A stretch of 64,000 nt of DNA from the human T2T-CHM13v2.0 reference genome, Homo sapiens. The position numbers and the translations under genes were made by a program. Of this stretch, positions 41,591 through 56,037 are shown in pieces. The DNA is taken from the NCBI RefSeq assembly GCF_009914755.1, contig NC_060932.1; one strand, written 5' to 3'. Positions within the stretch are counted from its first letter, which is position 1. The number at the start of each line of letters is the position of its first letter. Under the pieces are notes generated by a model. It ran no database searches, was not told where the DNA came from, and worked only from the letters and a program-made list of their open reading frames with translations.

Positions 41591-42612
41591 ATGTTAATGG
41601 TCTATTTCTTGTTTTATAGTGATATCACTAAATGGGATATGCAGATGTGTCTTCCTTAATGACTATGTCTAGAGCTAGTTCTCTTTCCTTAAACGTCTGA
41701 ACATGAGACTGGCCTCCTGGGCCAGACACTTGTCCCAACTCCCAACCCCTAAAGTTTTTTTTAATTCCAGTTTGGTCATGTATGGAGAGCAGTGGCTGTC
41801 AAGGACTGCACTTGAGTGCATACCAACTTTACTCATAATTATTATTTACAGATTTTCCACAATGCTCTTAAATCAGAAGTAAAACATTGTGTTTACAGAC
41901 AAGAATAAGCCAAAAATTTTTAAAGAACACTTAAAATCTAAGCTTTTTTTGCTACCTTAAGGAAATAACAATACTCTTTATATTTTGTTGTATTCCATGT
42001 ATTATATAGTCAAAGAAAGGACACTTTGCTTTAACAATTTAGATAGAAAATTATGAAAATACAGATAGTATGAGAGAGCTTTGAGAAAACACAAAATTTG
42101 CAAAGTAAGGATTTTGTATTTAAGTGACCCAAAAAGCAAAGTCAGAAGGAAGAGCTCAGCATGTCAGAGGAAACACCAGACTCCACACAAGTTTAGACTT
42201 GTAAACATTTTCAGAGGGCACAGTGAATAATGCCTTTTTTCCCTGCCTGAATGTAAAACCTATTGAGAGACAGAGAGAGGAGAGTCAGGCACAGACCATT
42301 TTTACGAAGGTGATATTGAAAAATAGGCTCTTTGTGTTGGCAGTATTTCCTAACAATGATTCCTAAAATTATATGAATGTACACACCCAGTTACAGTCAC
42401 TACTGAACAAACACAGACCTTCCCAGGTCTCCCTGTAAAATTAACAGCATGGATTAGTGAGGACAGAACCTCTACTTTTTGGTGGTCCCTTGGCTATCTG
42501 GGGGAAACCTGCAGGGAGAAATGTGGCAGGGAGCTGGGAGGATTTTCTTTCCCCAGTTCGTGAATTACCTAACTCATTTCACCTCCTTCTGTGTGAGACA
42601 CATAACTGGTGG

Positions 42613-43412
42613 TGAGAGGTGAAGCTGGCTGGGCTTCGGTGTGGGGTGGGGACTTGGAGAACTTTTCTGTCTAGCTAAAGGATTGTAAACGCACCAATCA
42701 GCACTCTGTGTCTAGCTAAAGGTTGGTAAATGCACCAATCAATCAGTGCTCTGTGTCTAGCTAATTGGGTGGGGACTTGGAGAACTTTTCTGTCTAGCTA
42801 AAGGATTGTAAATGCACCAATCAGTGCTCTCTGTGTCTAGCTAAAGGTTTGTAAATGCACCAATCAGTACTCTGCCAAAACAGACCAATCAGCACTCTAT
42901 AAAATGGACCAATCAGCACTCTGTAAAATGGACCAATCAGCAGGATGTGGGTGGGGCCAAATAAGGGAATAAAAGCAGGCCACCAGCGCAGGCAGCAGCA
43001 ACTGGCTTTGGTCACCTTCTGCAACGTGGAAGCTTTTTTCTTTTGCTCTTCACAATAAGTCTTGCTGCTGCTCACTCGTTGGGTCCGCATTGCCTTTATG
43101 AGCTGTAACCCTCACTGTGAAGGTCTGCAGCTTCACTCCTGAAGTCAGCGAGACTATGAACCCACTGGGAGGAAGGAACAACTCCAGATGTGCTGCCTGG
43201 AAGCTCTGTGACAGTCAGCGGGAAGGTCTGCAGCTTCACTCCTGAAGACAGCGAGACCACGAACCCACCAGAAAGAAGAAACTCCAGACATGTCCAGACA
43301 TCAGAAGGAACAAACTCTGGACACACCATCTTTAAGAACTGGTAACACGGTGAGGGTCCGCAGCTTTATTGTTGAAGTCAGCGAGACTAAGAGCCCACCA
43401 ATTCCGGACACA
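42613..43412 (+). mobile_element. Solo LTR12 (HERV9/ERV9 LTR)
   Basis: TGAGAGGTGAAGCTGGCTGGG...CCAATTCCGGACACA; 4-bp TSD GTGG (42609-42612, 43413-43416); seven CCAATC boxes in U3. Confidence 0.95.
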
Positions 43413-44994
43413 GTGGGACAAGATGCTAAGAATTAAAAAGAATCTCTGATAATGAGCAAAAAATAGCCCATAGTTCTCTTTCTCCCCTATTTTCAACAGC
43501 ACTTATTGGAATATAGAGTTCTGAAAGAAAAATTTAAAAAAAAACGGACTGCTGCTATATATCATTTGGAGGTTGTAGTTGAGTTAGAAATTTGAAATAA
43601 TGAAAAGAAATTCACTATCGTAAAGTAAAAGAAAATAAAAATGAAGCAAAATCTATATGTTCCATAAGCTCCAAAGAAAGTCTGTTCTTCATGTAAAAGA
43701 AAAAGAGGTGATTGGTGGCTTCAGGCTTTGTTATAACAGGGCACATCTCTGTGGTCTTACTCCAGCAAGGACAAGAGTTATGTCTGTTTTCGCTATACTG
43801 TTTACACATAGTAGGAAACTGAAGAATACTTACTGGATTAATGAGTATAACCTGGGACTGTGGATATACTGCTCTAAGGCTTTGAATCAGCAAAAATCAT
43901 AACATGTCAAATTAACTAAAATGTAATTGTGTGTGCTCAGTGGAATGAAAAGGCACCTAGACTTCTATTTCTATTACTTTTATTGACTAAGTATTCATAA
44001 GGTCCTTTCCACATTCAAGGTTCTACATTAGGCATTGAAAGGGATATTATTATGACCAAGACATAGTGCCCTGTTCCTCACAAAAAGACTTACTGAGTTA
44101 TAGGGATTTAAGAAAAGAATACAAGGATCAACTAATTATAAGGAGGAAATCACCAAGAAAAGTATACAAAAGAAGATATTCAAAACTAGAAAAAAAAAGA
44201 GGACATCTACTTACATTTTATATTATCTATCTTTTCACAAGGTGTTAGAATAAAAGTGGATAAAAATATCTTTTTTCAAAAAGAGTCATTTCTGCTATTT
44301 GTAAAATTGTCTATCAAAATGAATTAAAGTAGTTCAAGAAGTTCTGATTTAAGGGCAATATACCGCAGTGTTATAGCAAATGGAACACAATTCATATGCA
44401 TTCTTCAAAGTATGAATAAATCATACAGCTTAACTATATCTGTACTCCTATTTTCAAGTGTGTGTTGTTAAACAAAAGTTCCTTCAAAAGCATTACTTAG
44501 GTAAGGGTATATTATCTTTTATCAGTGATCTAATACTAGATAGACAACTACCATTAAAATAACTTCTGTACAGTCATTTGACTTAAAAAAAATAAGTCCT
44601 CAGATTCACATAAATATTGGAAAGCTCGACCATTATGACTCTGACAGTCGTGAATGTTCTCCGTGATACTAAATCTAAAGGATATTTTTATAGTTTTCAT
44701 GTTCCTGTGTCTCAGCAGCATTTAACATTGTAGGCTGTCCCTGCCTTACTGAAAAACTGTTTTTCCTTGATATTTTGACACCATACTCTCCTGTCCCTCT
44801 TTCTAGCAGACTACTCATGGTGCCTTCGTTGCCTTCTCATCTCCTTCCACCTTGTCTTTCCCCATTAGTGTTTTTCAACCTTGGTCCTAGGCCTGCTCTA
44901 CTATCACCAATGGGCTCTCTCCCTAGAAAAACTTACTTATACTCATGACTTCAATGACCCTCTGTACCGTTGATATCTCTCCTGAGTTCGTATG

Positions 44995-45861
44995 TGGTCA
45001 CCTCTTGATATCCATGGGGGTTTGGTTCCAAGATCTCTGTGGATACAAAAATCCAAGGATGTTCAATTATCTCATATAAAATGGTGCAGTATTTCCAAAC
45101 AGCCTACCCATGTACTTAATAAATCATCTCTAGATTTCTTATAACAGCCATTCCAACCTGTTTGGCACCAAGGACCGGTTTTATGGAAGACAGATTTTTG
45201 ACAGATGGAAGGGGGGGTGGTTTCTGGAAGCGGGGGTAGTTTCAGGATGATTCAAGTGCATTACATTTATTGTGCACTTTATTTCTATTATTATTACATT
45301 GTAATATATAATTAAATAATCATACAACTCACTGTAATCTGGTATCAGTGGAAGCCTGACCTTGTTTTCCTGCAACTAGATGGTCCCATCTGCGGGTGAT
45401 GGGAGACAGTGACAGATCATTAGGCATTAGATTCTCAGAAGGAGCGTGCAACCTAGATCCCTCACATGAGCAATTCACAATAGGGTTTACGCTGCTATGA
45501 GAATCTAATGCTGCTGTTGACCTGACAGGAGGCAGAGCTCAGGCAGTAATCCGAGTGGTGGGGAGAAGCTGTAAATAACAAATGAAGCCACACTCACTAC
45601 CCTGCTGCTCACCTGCTGCTGTGCATCCCGGTACAGTCTGTGGCCTGGGGTTGGGGCTTCTTGTCTTATGATACCAAATACAATGCACAATGCCTACACA
45701 TCAAATCACTCACATGGATTCAACATAGTAATTGGCAGCCAAAAATTCAAGTTTCGCTTTTGGTAAGTATGTGTAAGTATCTTTGCCCCCAGTACTACAT
45801 TTTTGATCCACAGTTGGTTGAATCCATGAATGCAAAACTCATGGATACAGACAGCCAACTG
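44995..45861 (+). mobile_element. MER2B (TcMar-Tigger) split by MER1A
   Basis: GATATCCATGGGGGTTTGGTTCCAAGA...AAATCATCTCTAGATT and end GGTTGAATCCATG...GGATACAGACAGCCAACTG followed by TA. Confidence 0.8.
45145..45663. mobile_element. MER1A hAT-Charlie DNA transposon
   Basis: CCAACCTGTTTGGCACCAAGGACCGGTTTT...CATTAGATTCTC...; 8-bp TSD TCTTATAA/TCTTATGA (45137-45144, 45664-45671). Confidence 0.9.
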
Positions 45862-47479
45862 TATGTATAATCACCTGCATAATTGAAATATCATTTGTAA
45901 ATTCTAAACTCATCTCAAACCCAACATGTCAAAATTAAATGCATAGTATTCTACACTAACCTGTTTTTCTTCTAGTTGTTTCTGTCGCAGTGAATGGACC
46001 GTCCATCCACATCGGTTTATAAGTAAAAAACCTAGAAGTCATACATACCAGTTCCTCTGCATTATCTGTGATATAAAATCAGTTAAAAAGGCCTTATTCT
46101 CCTTAAAAGAGCACAAAATTAAAAGTAGTTATTTTAAAAGTTAACGAAGATAAGGATAAAACATAGGATATTCCTAGAGAAATGGCTGTATACTGAAAGT
46201 TGGTGAGAACAACATACAAGTTTTTCCCTCATTATTATTCAATTATTTTATACCCATTTGTAACAATGGATAGACAGAATCAAACATATGTGGCTCTCTG
46301 AAAGAGAAATATCCCCCCAACTCCATTTAGGGTTTCTCTGAAAAAGTGGCATAGTACTTACCAGGACGTGCCTTTAAAAAGAGACACTGTTTCTCTCAAT
46401 GCCAATGGATAGGTCTGCTTTGAATCATCACTTATTATCAAAAATGCATTTGGACATTAGTGTTTAGAATGCTCTTCTAACTTCAGCCTGTTCCCCAAAT
46501 AGGGTGGGTGTGCTAGCTCTGGGAACAAATTAAAAGGTTTTAGCTTGTTTGTGTTCTTTTCCAGAGAACAGGCTTCTGAAAAAGATACATTTTCAATTCT
46601 TTGTAAACTACGAGATAATGCATCTAGAGTAACTATTCTGGTACTTTTAGAATTAGCTGGGCAAGCCTTGTTGGTGCCTTAAGAGATTTTTAATTATATA
46701 GTTTATTCCAGTAATTGCTTTATTTTATAGAGCACTTACTTCCTGTAAGTGCACTTTGTGTATGTGGCAACTGTTGTTCCTTTAATTATAAGGTTAAGTA
46801 CCATATAATTACAGGGTAAATACACAGTTATTTCTGCCTTGTGTGCCAAAGTGTTTAGGTAACTTAGTATTTGTACAAAGGAACCAAATGGTGCTTAGGA
46901 GTCTATCCTTTGATTCCCATATAAAATAGTCTTCAGCACAAAATTCTGCCATGCACTGTATTATTTTTCCTTTTGAATCACTTGCAAGTGCCAGACCAAA
47001 GTACATTTTTATGAAATAAGTTACATTACAATGGGAGCTGACGTCACTGGCTTTTTAAAATACATACTTCAGGAAAACTTACTTCCATAATTATCAAGAA
47101 AAACATTTATTATGGTGCATTTTATTCAGTGTTTCCAAATTTCAAGTTTTATATTTTGTTGTTGCTATCAACTCTTAGCTTAAATCTAATACATTTATAT
47201 GAAAAGCAGAATAAAATGAATCCACAATTTAGAGCATATTCAAATACTAGTAAGTTCCCAGATGAAAACAGTAAAATTGAAAACAATATTCAAATTTCTC
47301 TCAGCTTCTTTAACTACTACTATAATTATTAAATATTTTTGGTGATTTGTATATGTAGAAAAAATTTTAACTTTGCATTAACTTCTGTAGTGATTCTAGA
47401 ATTTAAAGGTTCTTTAAAAAGATATGTTTTATACTTTAACATTTCTCATTAATCATTCCTAATAACAAAATAGACGCAA

Positions 47480-47800
47480 TACATTAATCAATTCATTCTA
47501 TAGACATTTATTTGGTGCTTACTATATTCTAGGCACAGAGTATACTGTATTCAATGAGCTCAAAATGAGCACATTATTTGGTATAAGAAGTAAACAGATA
47601 CACCAATAATTCTAATTAATGTTAAAAGTTCCCCAATATTGCTATATGGAAGGTTCAAACGCTGTACAGAGGAAAGAGTCGTCAGCTATAATGAGGGCAG
47701 ATGAAGGAGGGTACAGGATGGAAAATAATTAGATCTTAAAAGGTGAAAATATGTCCTCCACACAGGCAAGATGGATTTTCAGAGACGATGTGTACTTGCC
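47480..47800 (-). mobile_element. L2 fragment
   Basis: ATTCATTC...ACATTTATTTGGTGCTTACTATATTCTAGGCAC. Confidence 0.6.
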
Positions 47801-50800
47801 TACATTTCAGAAATTACAACAGTGACCACTAGCTATTTAAGCTAAATAGAAAAAAATAATAATTCCATTTTGTAGCAAGTCAAACAGTCACATAATTTTA
47901 TTAAGCGAAAGATTCTAATAGTTTAGAGCCTGATAGTTTATTATTCATAAATGATAAGATTATTAAATGGCAAAGAGAACTGAAAGTAAGATGTTCTGTT
48001 GATCAAAGACTGTGATCCTTATAGAAGTGGAATGAATTGTTCAGTGATCTTGCCATAGAACAGGGACCACAAAGGGCTAACCATAGCACATTACTCTTCA
48101 GCATGTATATGAATCCACTGCTTCCAAATAAAAGAGAAGAGCCACCTCTATGGCTAAGCTAGGACACACACTGCAACAAGCTAGGTTCACTGATGATTTG
48201 ATGTTGAATAAAGAGTTGCACTGTATTATGGAGGCATTATAATAACTGTTCTGCTGTTTAATGCGTTGCCTAATATCTATTTTTTCTTCTTTTGCTTCTC
48301 AGACTAATTGCTACCTTTTCTGGTTCATACTAAATTTGAGACACTAATGCCAACTGGTAATTCATTCAGAAATCTGGCCTCTTGGACTACTCCTCTGTAG
48401 TTGTCATTGTTATTCTTTTTAAGTCATTCCTAGAAGAACAAGATCCTCCAGTGTAGATTAGCATAGGAGTAAATCTATTGAAACACGATGGTCATAAGAA
48501 ATACTTTAAGGACTTTTTGAATCACATCCCAACATGTGGTATGTAGGAAGGGTTACCAGACCACAAATGTTGTGGGATGCTCATGCTGATGCGAAGCATT
48601 TACATCAAGAGAAAAGATGGCAAGTGAAAGCTACTGTACAAATGATCATGTTAGTATACACTAGAGGGACTTTGTCTTTACCCAACATTGAGAAAACATC
48701 TTTGAATCATATTTTCCCAGAAAATATTATTTCAGGTACAACTAAGCATATCTTCTAGCATAAAAACTGTAAGTTATGAAATCCTCTCATGTCTTAATAT
48801 AGTAAACATCAATTACTTCTAAAAACAATTATACTTTTATTTAAAGTACCACAAGGGGCACTTTTTCTTATATAAACCACAAAATCATAGTGTAAAATGA
48901 GTTGAGAAATGGTTAAGAATAAAAAATTACTTGTCAATAAAAGAAAAAGACATATGAGCTTGTACTTATCAACATTTCAAAACTAAGCAAGATGGCTTTA
49001 TGCATATATCAGCTTAAGATTCATTTCATGCTCAGTTTACTGGGGAAATGAAATATTACAAAAGGAAGAAAAAGACAGATAACTCGGTAATTTCTGCAGT
49101 AAACATGTGAATTGGAAAGCAGAGTGTTTTTTCATGACTTTCTGTGTAATAGGACTCTAGGTTAAAAATAAGGTATAGTCTCTGCAGATTTGATTTGTCA
49201 AATGGTAACTTCTGTACTTTTATTCAAAAATTTATTTTAAATAAAGTTTATTTTCTATGAAATCTCTTAAACAATTGTGTAATATTGAGGTTATGACTTG
49301 GGTCTGACAAGTTTACCTTAGTAAAACTACTACACATTCTCTAAAATTTCTTTTAATTTTAAAACTTTATTTATAATCTTTAGTCTCTTAAGAATTAAAA
49401 AATACAGACCATAACTACAACATGTATAAGGAACCAGCACATAGTATTATGAGTCTATTTCTTAGTAGCATTTTCTTAATTTTGTTTCAAATCAAACCTT
49501 CCTTTTATGTCGTTTGAATAATACTTTAATAACGAATGTAAAAATATATACACATACACTCACACACACACTCTTAGGAAAAACCTTGTTCAAAAATAAA
49601 CGGGTTAAGGATGGTTCACAAATCTTTATGCTTTCCATTTGTCTAAGTGACTCCTATAGATGGCATAATCACAATAGCCTACATTTTATCATCGACCAGG
49701 AATTATGTTTGGCTATAACCTCACCCTTAAACAGATGTAAAATAATGTCCATTGTATTTTTCTGTCAATTGTGTATTCCCATAATGTTCCTGGTTTCCAA
49801 CTGTGCTAGTGACAACAATATTTAATTTTAAGAACAATGGATAACCACGTTTTGCATGATGAGATCTCAGCATCTGACACAATGTTTTCCCAATATGTTT
49901 GCACATATGAATTCCATGTCCTTAAACACTGTGTTTGGTTCCTGACATAAAGGAGTTTGAAGATCAGAGATTTTTTGGGGGGCAACTGTCAACACTGTCC
50001 AGATGTTTTTCTTATGTTTGCAGTGTTACCAACATTCGCTCCTCATAATAACATCGATGTGAAGAATAGTCCTGAAAGATATACTCTAGTCATATATTTA
50101 TTTTTCATGTTCACATTATTCCATATCAAATCTCATGATAACTCATTTTCAGAGTACATAAATAAACAAGATTTTTTTTTCTTGGAAAGTTAAATTAAAA
50201 AAAAAAATACTTGGAATTGGGCAAACAAAAAAGTTACAGGTTTTTTTCCTCCTAAAGCAAAGTAACTCAGGACAGGACAACACAAAGGTTTCATTTTGCT
50301 TCTCCCAAATTTTTAAGTCTTAATTACGCCATGGAGGAGATACATATTAAGAGCTTGTTTGCCTTGAAAATCTTTCCTTAATTTGCTAACCTCTTCTTTA
50401 ACACATAGCTTGTATAACCAGCCTAGGACCGTTTGTATGACTATACCAGTCAAGAAAATGCAGCAAACAAATGGGGCTGAAGCAACCCAGAGGAACATCA
50501 ATCAACCTAACACATGTCATGTTGATGATAAATACTGAACACTGGAAATCTTTAGTCCACAAACCCAGAGGGCTTCCTGTATTTCATTTGGTCATTGTGG
50601 TTGCACTGGCCTTTTCATCTGAATTACCTAGGCAAACATGACCTTAGCCTCAATAATTTTGTATGAAGCTCACAACAGGAAAATATCCTCATTTCATAGA
50701 TACATTCCCATAGGTACATACATATTCCTTAAAAAATTTGCAAACTTTTCTACTGTGACAATTCCACTGGATGCATGCATTTCTCTACTTTATGGCAGTA

Positions 50801-51626
50801 AATGTAGAAAAGAGATTATACAAGCAGCACCTGATATAAATAGCTTTCTTTCTCCCCTCTATTCCTTGTGTAGACATAATTCTTGTCCTCAATACTTTCC
50901 CAAACAACAAATGGAATTTTTCTGAAACACCAGGATTTCTTGTGTAGTAAACTTGGTGAGAAACTTCAGCAGCTTTAGAATATTTGAAGCTACATTTGCT
51001 GTGAAGGAAATTCCTCTTTTAAATATTTGCTAAACTCTTAGTAGAGCTAGTTGGCACAGGGCGGTAATGGCAATATGAATAAAAAAATGGTATCTGACAT
51101 CAAATAACTCAATCTAGTGGGTGAAATAGAAACTAATGTATCACCAGCACCTATGACAATGGCTGCCGCATTGTCTCCTTTCATTATATATTTGGAAGAA
51201 GTTAACACATAGTTTGAGAAGATTAAGATACAAATACATATGGGGCATAGGCACAGAGATGTGAAAGAGTAACCCTATTTCAGTGATGATGTAAGGTAGG
51301 CAGGAGATGTGGAATACCTTGCACATGGTATATAGTTATTAAGTGCCAAAACTAATATATCTAATGTCTGTCTCTAGAACTTCGTATTTTTGTAACTTTA
51401 TTATGCTGTATGGTCTAGTCAAAGGGGGATAAGTCTCTATAGGCAGGACTTAATGGAGCTGAATTGTCCAGATCAATGTCCTTGGGTCTGCTAGCCACCT
51501 GTGGTTGCTATCTTGTGAGGTTTACTTGTTTAATTATTGAGCAGACTTGACTCGGGCCTGTGCCTCCATGTCTTCTTATTGCATCTGTGGTGTGGTGTTT
51601 GCAACAAACCTCTTTACAATAGTGAG

Positions 51627-51993
51627 TGTCATAGTCTTAATGGTTTTGTCCCCTCAAAAATCTATGTGTTGGAAACTTGATCCCCAAAGCAACAGTATTG
51701 GGAGTCAGGCGTTAGGGAGGACTGGAGCCCTCATAAATGAATTAATGCTGTTATCCCAAGGTCTTGTGGGACTGGATTGACTCTCCTTTTGCAATTCTGC
51801 CATGTGAGGATACATTGTCCTTTTTTGTCCTTTCACCTTCCCCCATGTGAGAAGGCAGAAAGAAGGCTCACATCAGATGCCAGCACTTTGATCTTGGACT
51901 TTCCAGCCTCCAGAACTGTGACAGAATAAATTTTTCTTCTTTGTAAATTGCCCTTTCTTAGGTATTTTGTTTAGCAGCACAAATAGACTAAAC
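51627..51993 (+). mobile_element. MaLR LTR (MSTC/MSTD-like)
   Basis: ATGTGTTGGAAACTTGATCCCCAA...CTTGGACTTTCCAGCCTCCAGAACTGTGA...AATAAATT...GCAGCACAAATAGACTAA. Confidence 0.85.
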
Positions 51994-52319
51994 AGTGAGG
52001 CAAGACTCTTCTCATCTTTTGCACATTTTGAACACCCACACACTTGGATATGTTCTTTGTGGGGAGTAAAGAGGACAAAGAGGAAGAAAAGAGCGAATCT
52101 CAAGAAACTTTATTGGCTCAGTGATCTTGTGCTTTTTACTGAGATTTTCTGGTTTATATTCAACCCCTGAAAACAATAATTATGTAATTGTTTAGGTGGG
52201 TGGTTCATTAGCTTTCATTATCATAATATTCACCTGTAGCCCAGTGAATTGTGTGTTTGAAATATTTATTAAATGAATATAAACTGCAACAAAAAACACA
52301 AAATAATAGTCTCAATACA

Positions 52320-53300
52320 CTTTTTATATTGGAATAATTTTACATTCACAGAGAAGTTGCAAATACAGATAGGAGTTTCCATAAACACTTCATCCAGCTT
52401 TCTAATGTTAACATTTTATGTGACCATGGTATACTTATCAAAACGAAGAAACTAATTTTGTTCAGGACTTTAAACACTTTACTTAAAGCCATAAAAGGTG
52501 CATAGATAACTGAGAATACATTCTGTATCGTTGTTCGGAAGACTTAGTATTTTAACGATGTCATTTCTTTCATAATTAACACGTAATTTTAATATAATCT
52601 TTATAAAATGCCAGTAAAATTTTCTCTACAACTTGATGGAATGATTTTTTTTTTGTATTTTAGAACAGTAAAATAATAAGAAAGTTTATCCTCATAAGTA
52701 TTCAAATGTTACTTACTTAAGATAACTTGGTGTTGATGTAATAGTATAGAGGCAAAATAAATGCATCAGGAAAGAAACTTCAGGAATAGATATCAGTAAA
52801 TACAAAAATATAAATGCTGCCATTCAAATCTGTAGAAAAGAACAAATTATTTTATAACATTTTTTGTTAAAAATAACCAAAATATTATTTTGATTTTGAA
52901 AACCATAAATCAAAAATTTCCTAAAATAGTAAAATTGTCAAACAGAATGAGAGTACTAAAATATGCATACATATATAATTTTATGGTGAAAAAAGATGTT
53001 AAAATGTTACAGTAAAGGAAGAAATCATACATTTAAATACTAATTTGATTACATATATTTTTAATATATTTCCATATGAAACAGAAAGAAAAATTATATT
53101 CCAAACATATTAAAATTTCATATTGAAAAATTACAGATTCAACATAGATCAAAAATCCAAACATAAAGTTAATATCCCTAAACTTATGATCAAGACAAAA
53201 AAATGAGCTATGCAGAAGATATAAAATAGCTAATAACATATTAATAAACATAATGATTCAGAAAGACATTCAGTTTTCAAGAAGATATCATGTATTGTTC
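52320..53300. mobile_element. Degenerate L1M fragments (short minus-strand piece, then plus-strand piece)
   Basis: TTTACATTCACAGAGAAGTTGCAAAT (reverse L1MC end) followed by A-rich ORF2-like remnants. Confidence 0.55.
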
Positions 53301-53384
53301 AGCAATTACAAATGACTACACCCCATGTTGTCTTGGAACGAGGAGACTGACTTTGAACAAGTGAATTCATTAGAATTCATAAAA

Positions 53385-53730
53385 CCATAAAAAATGATGA
53401 GTTCATGTCCTTTGTAGGGACATGGATGAAGCTGGAAACCATCATTCTCAGCAAACTATCACAAGGACAAAAAAACAAACACCGCATGTTCTCACTCATA
53501 GCTGGGAATTGAACAATGAGAACACCCGGACACAGGAAGGGGAGCATCACACACTGGGTCCTGTTGTGGGGTGGGGGGAGGGGGGAAGGATAGCATTAGG
53601 AGATATACCTAATGTTAAATGACGAGTTATTGGGTGCAGCACACCAACATGGCACATGTATACATATGTAACTAACCTGCACGTTGTGCACATGTACCCT
53701 AAAACTTAAAGTATAATAATAATTAAAAAA
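53385..53730 (+). mobile_element. L1PA (L1PA3-5-like) 3'UTR, 5'-truncated
   Basis: Near-consensus ATGAGTTCATGTCCTTTGTAGGGACATGGATGAAGCTGG...CACATGTACCCTAAAACTTAAAGTATAATAA. Confidence 0.95.
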
Positions 53731-53742
53731 ATTCTCTGATTA

Positions 53743-53772
53743 ATAGATAGATAGATAGATAAATAGATAGAT
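53743..53772. repeat. (GATA)n microsatellite
   Basis: Direct reading. Confidence 0.85.
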
Positions 53773-55189
53773 GGTTACATATATAAAACCTTGAAAATTC
53801 TGCAATTCCCTTTTTAATAACCTGTTCCAAAATAACAATAAAACTGAAATATCAAGGTGAATATTTAAACAAATATAATTATTGTTGAATCACTTAATAA
53901 ATAAATAAAGTGGTATCTAAAGGTCCTTCAGTAGAGAGTGATTGAGACAACTGTGTTTTGTTTACATTTTGAAATCTTAAAGATTAATAAAAAAGATTTT
54001 GAAGAAATGTATTGATTTGAGAAATGTTTACAATATATTGTTTAGTAAGGAAGCATACTCTAAAACATGACTGTTTAAAACATGAGTAAAAAATCTGAAA
54101 ATATATACATCAATGTGCAATTTTAATATAATGACTCATTTTCTTGGTGTTGCTTATTGAAATTATTCTTTCTCTATGTCTATTTCTTACGCATTTCAAA
54201 TCTTACATTAAAAGTAAAATAGATAAAAAATTGTCACTATTCTAATCAAGTAAATTAAGAAAGCAAACAAAGGCCACACAGATTTCTTTGTACTAAAAAT
54301 TGCTACCAGTGGCTACTGAGCAATCATTTCCCAAAGCAGTGGTATGAAAGCACCCTGCAAATTTACAGGAAATGAGAATGTGTTCCATCATTAACATCAT
54401 TGAGTTAAGCTAAAAAGTCAGATAAGGCCCTAAGGTCACATGGAGATTTTAATGGAGCATATGTTTGATTCAATAGAAATGTTATAGACAAAACATTTGC
54501 ATCAATGAACTACGCATGAATTAAAGATAAGTGAATCAAAAGCCTTAATGTACTGATTTGGAGTCACAAAATCTGTATAATTGTTAAATGTTTCATTAAT
54601 TTACCAAATGGTTCCTACTTCATGTCTATTTCTATTTGCAAATTAGAGATAGTACAATATATAATCAGTCTGTGTATCATACAAAATGCTAAGCTAATAC
54701 TTAGAGATCTTTTGAAGAAAGTAAAATGTATTTCAATAGAAAGCATATCTAACGAGAGGTTTATTACTGCAGATAATTTTTGAAAAGGTATTAAATTTTG
54801 AATGCAACCATTCTTATAATATCAATAGTAGTACACAAAATATAGCATTGTGTAATTACAATGTTTCAACATGTAATTTCATTTGAAATTCACACTAACT
54901 GTGAAATAGATAATTAAAATCTCTATATATCTAGTGGCAGAAAATCGAAGCCCAGGGATGTTAAGATGTGAGTTATATTTCTCTGCTGGTCAGAAAAAAA
55001 GTGGTCAGTTATTAATGTCTGTCTTTAAAGAGCTAGAGACACATCTTCACAATGAAATAGCCAGACATGTGAAGAAATAATATTATTTCATATGAGCATC
55101 AGTTAAGAGAACTAAAGAAATCTAGCTTTCAGGAGAGACACTGCTGCATATAGATGAGAACTGGGTTCAAATGTTACCATGCTGGCTTG

Positions 55190-55340
55190 GATAACGAAAT
55201 CTCAGACATATTTTGGTTGTGTTTTGAATCAAAAGAAACCTAGGTTTACAGTTTGGCTCGGCCACTTTGTAACTATGAGAGCTGAGGAGTCTTGGGTTCT
55301 TCATCTTTAAAATGAATATATTGATATTTACCTCCATCTT
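55190..55340 (+). mobile_element. MIR fragment
   Basis: ACCTAGGTTTACAGTTTGGCTCGGCCACTT...TTCTTCATCTTTAAAATG. Confidence 0.6.
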
Positions 55341-55666
55341 AATGGGTAAAATATGGATTTGTTTCTGAATCTGAGAAAGGATTACAGAAGGTCCCTCATT
55401 TAGATGAGAGAACGTTTTGGAAACAATATCAGCCAATTTGTGAAAATCAAACTCACCAGCCATAGTGTGGGGATAATTTTTTTAAAATAATTTCAGTCAT
55501 TGGGACAATGCCTTCTATGTACTAGATGCTCCAACATTTAGTTAATATTAATATCATTTTGTTGCCTTTGGTGTCCTATGAAGCCACCACATCCCTGATT
55601 GTTGAGTTAGATTTTGATGAATTGGTTATTACTTCAATGCCTGTATCTTAGGTTAAGAGTCAAACC

Positions 55667-56037
<371 letters not shown>

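Larger units (their letters stand above)
44630..46100 (+). mobile_element. L2 fragment split by MER2B
   Basis: L2-like CTCAGCAGCATTTAACA...ATACTCTCCTG before the insertion and CATCTCAAACCCAACATGTCAAAA after it. Confidence 0.7.

Noticed and set aside
42613-42960. Regularly repeated CCAATCAG/TGTCTAGCTAAAGG units resembling a CRISPR-like array
   Set aside because: These are the normal U3 tandem repeats of LTR12, with no unique spacers, in a eukaryotic context.
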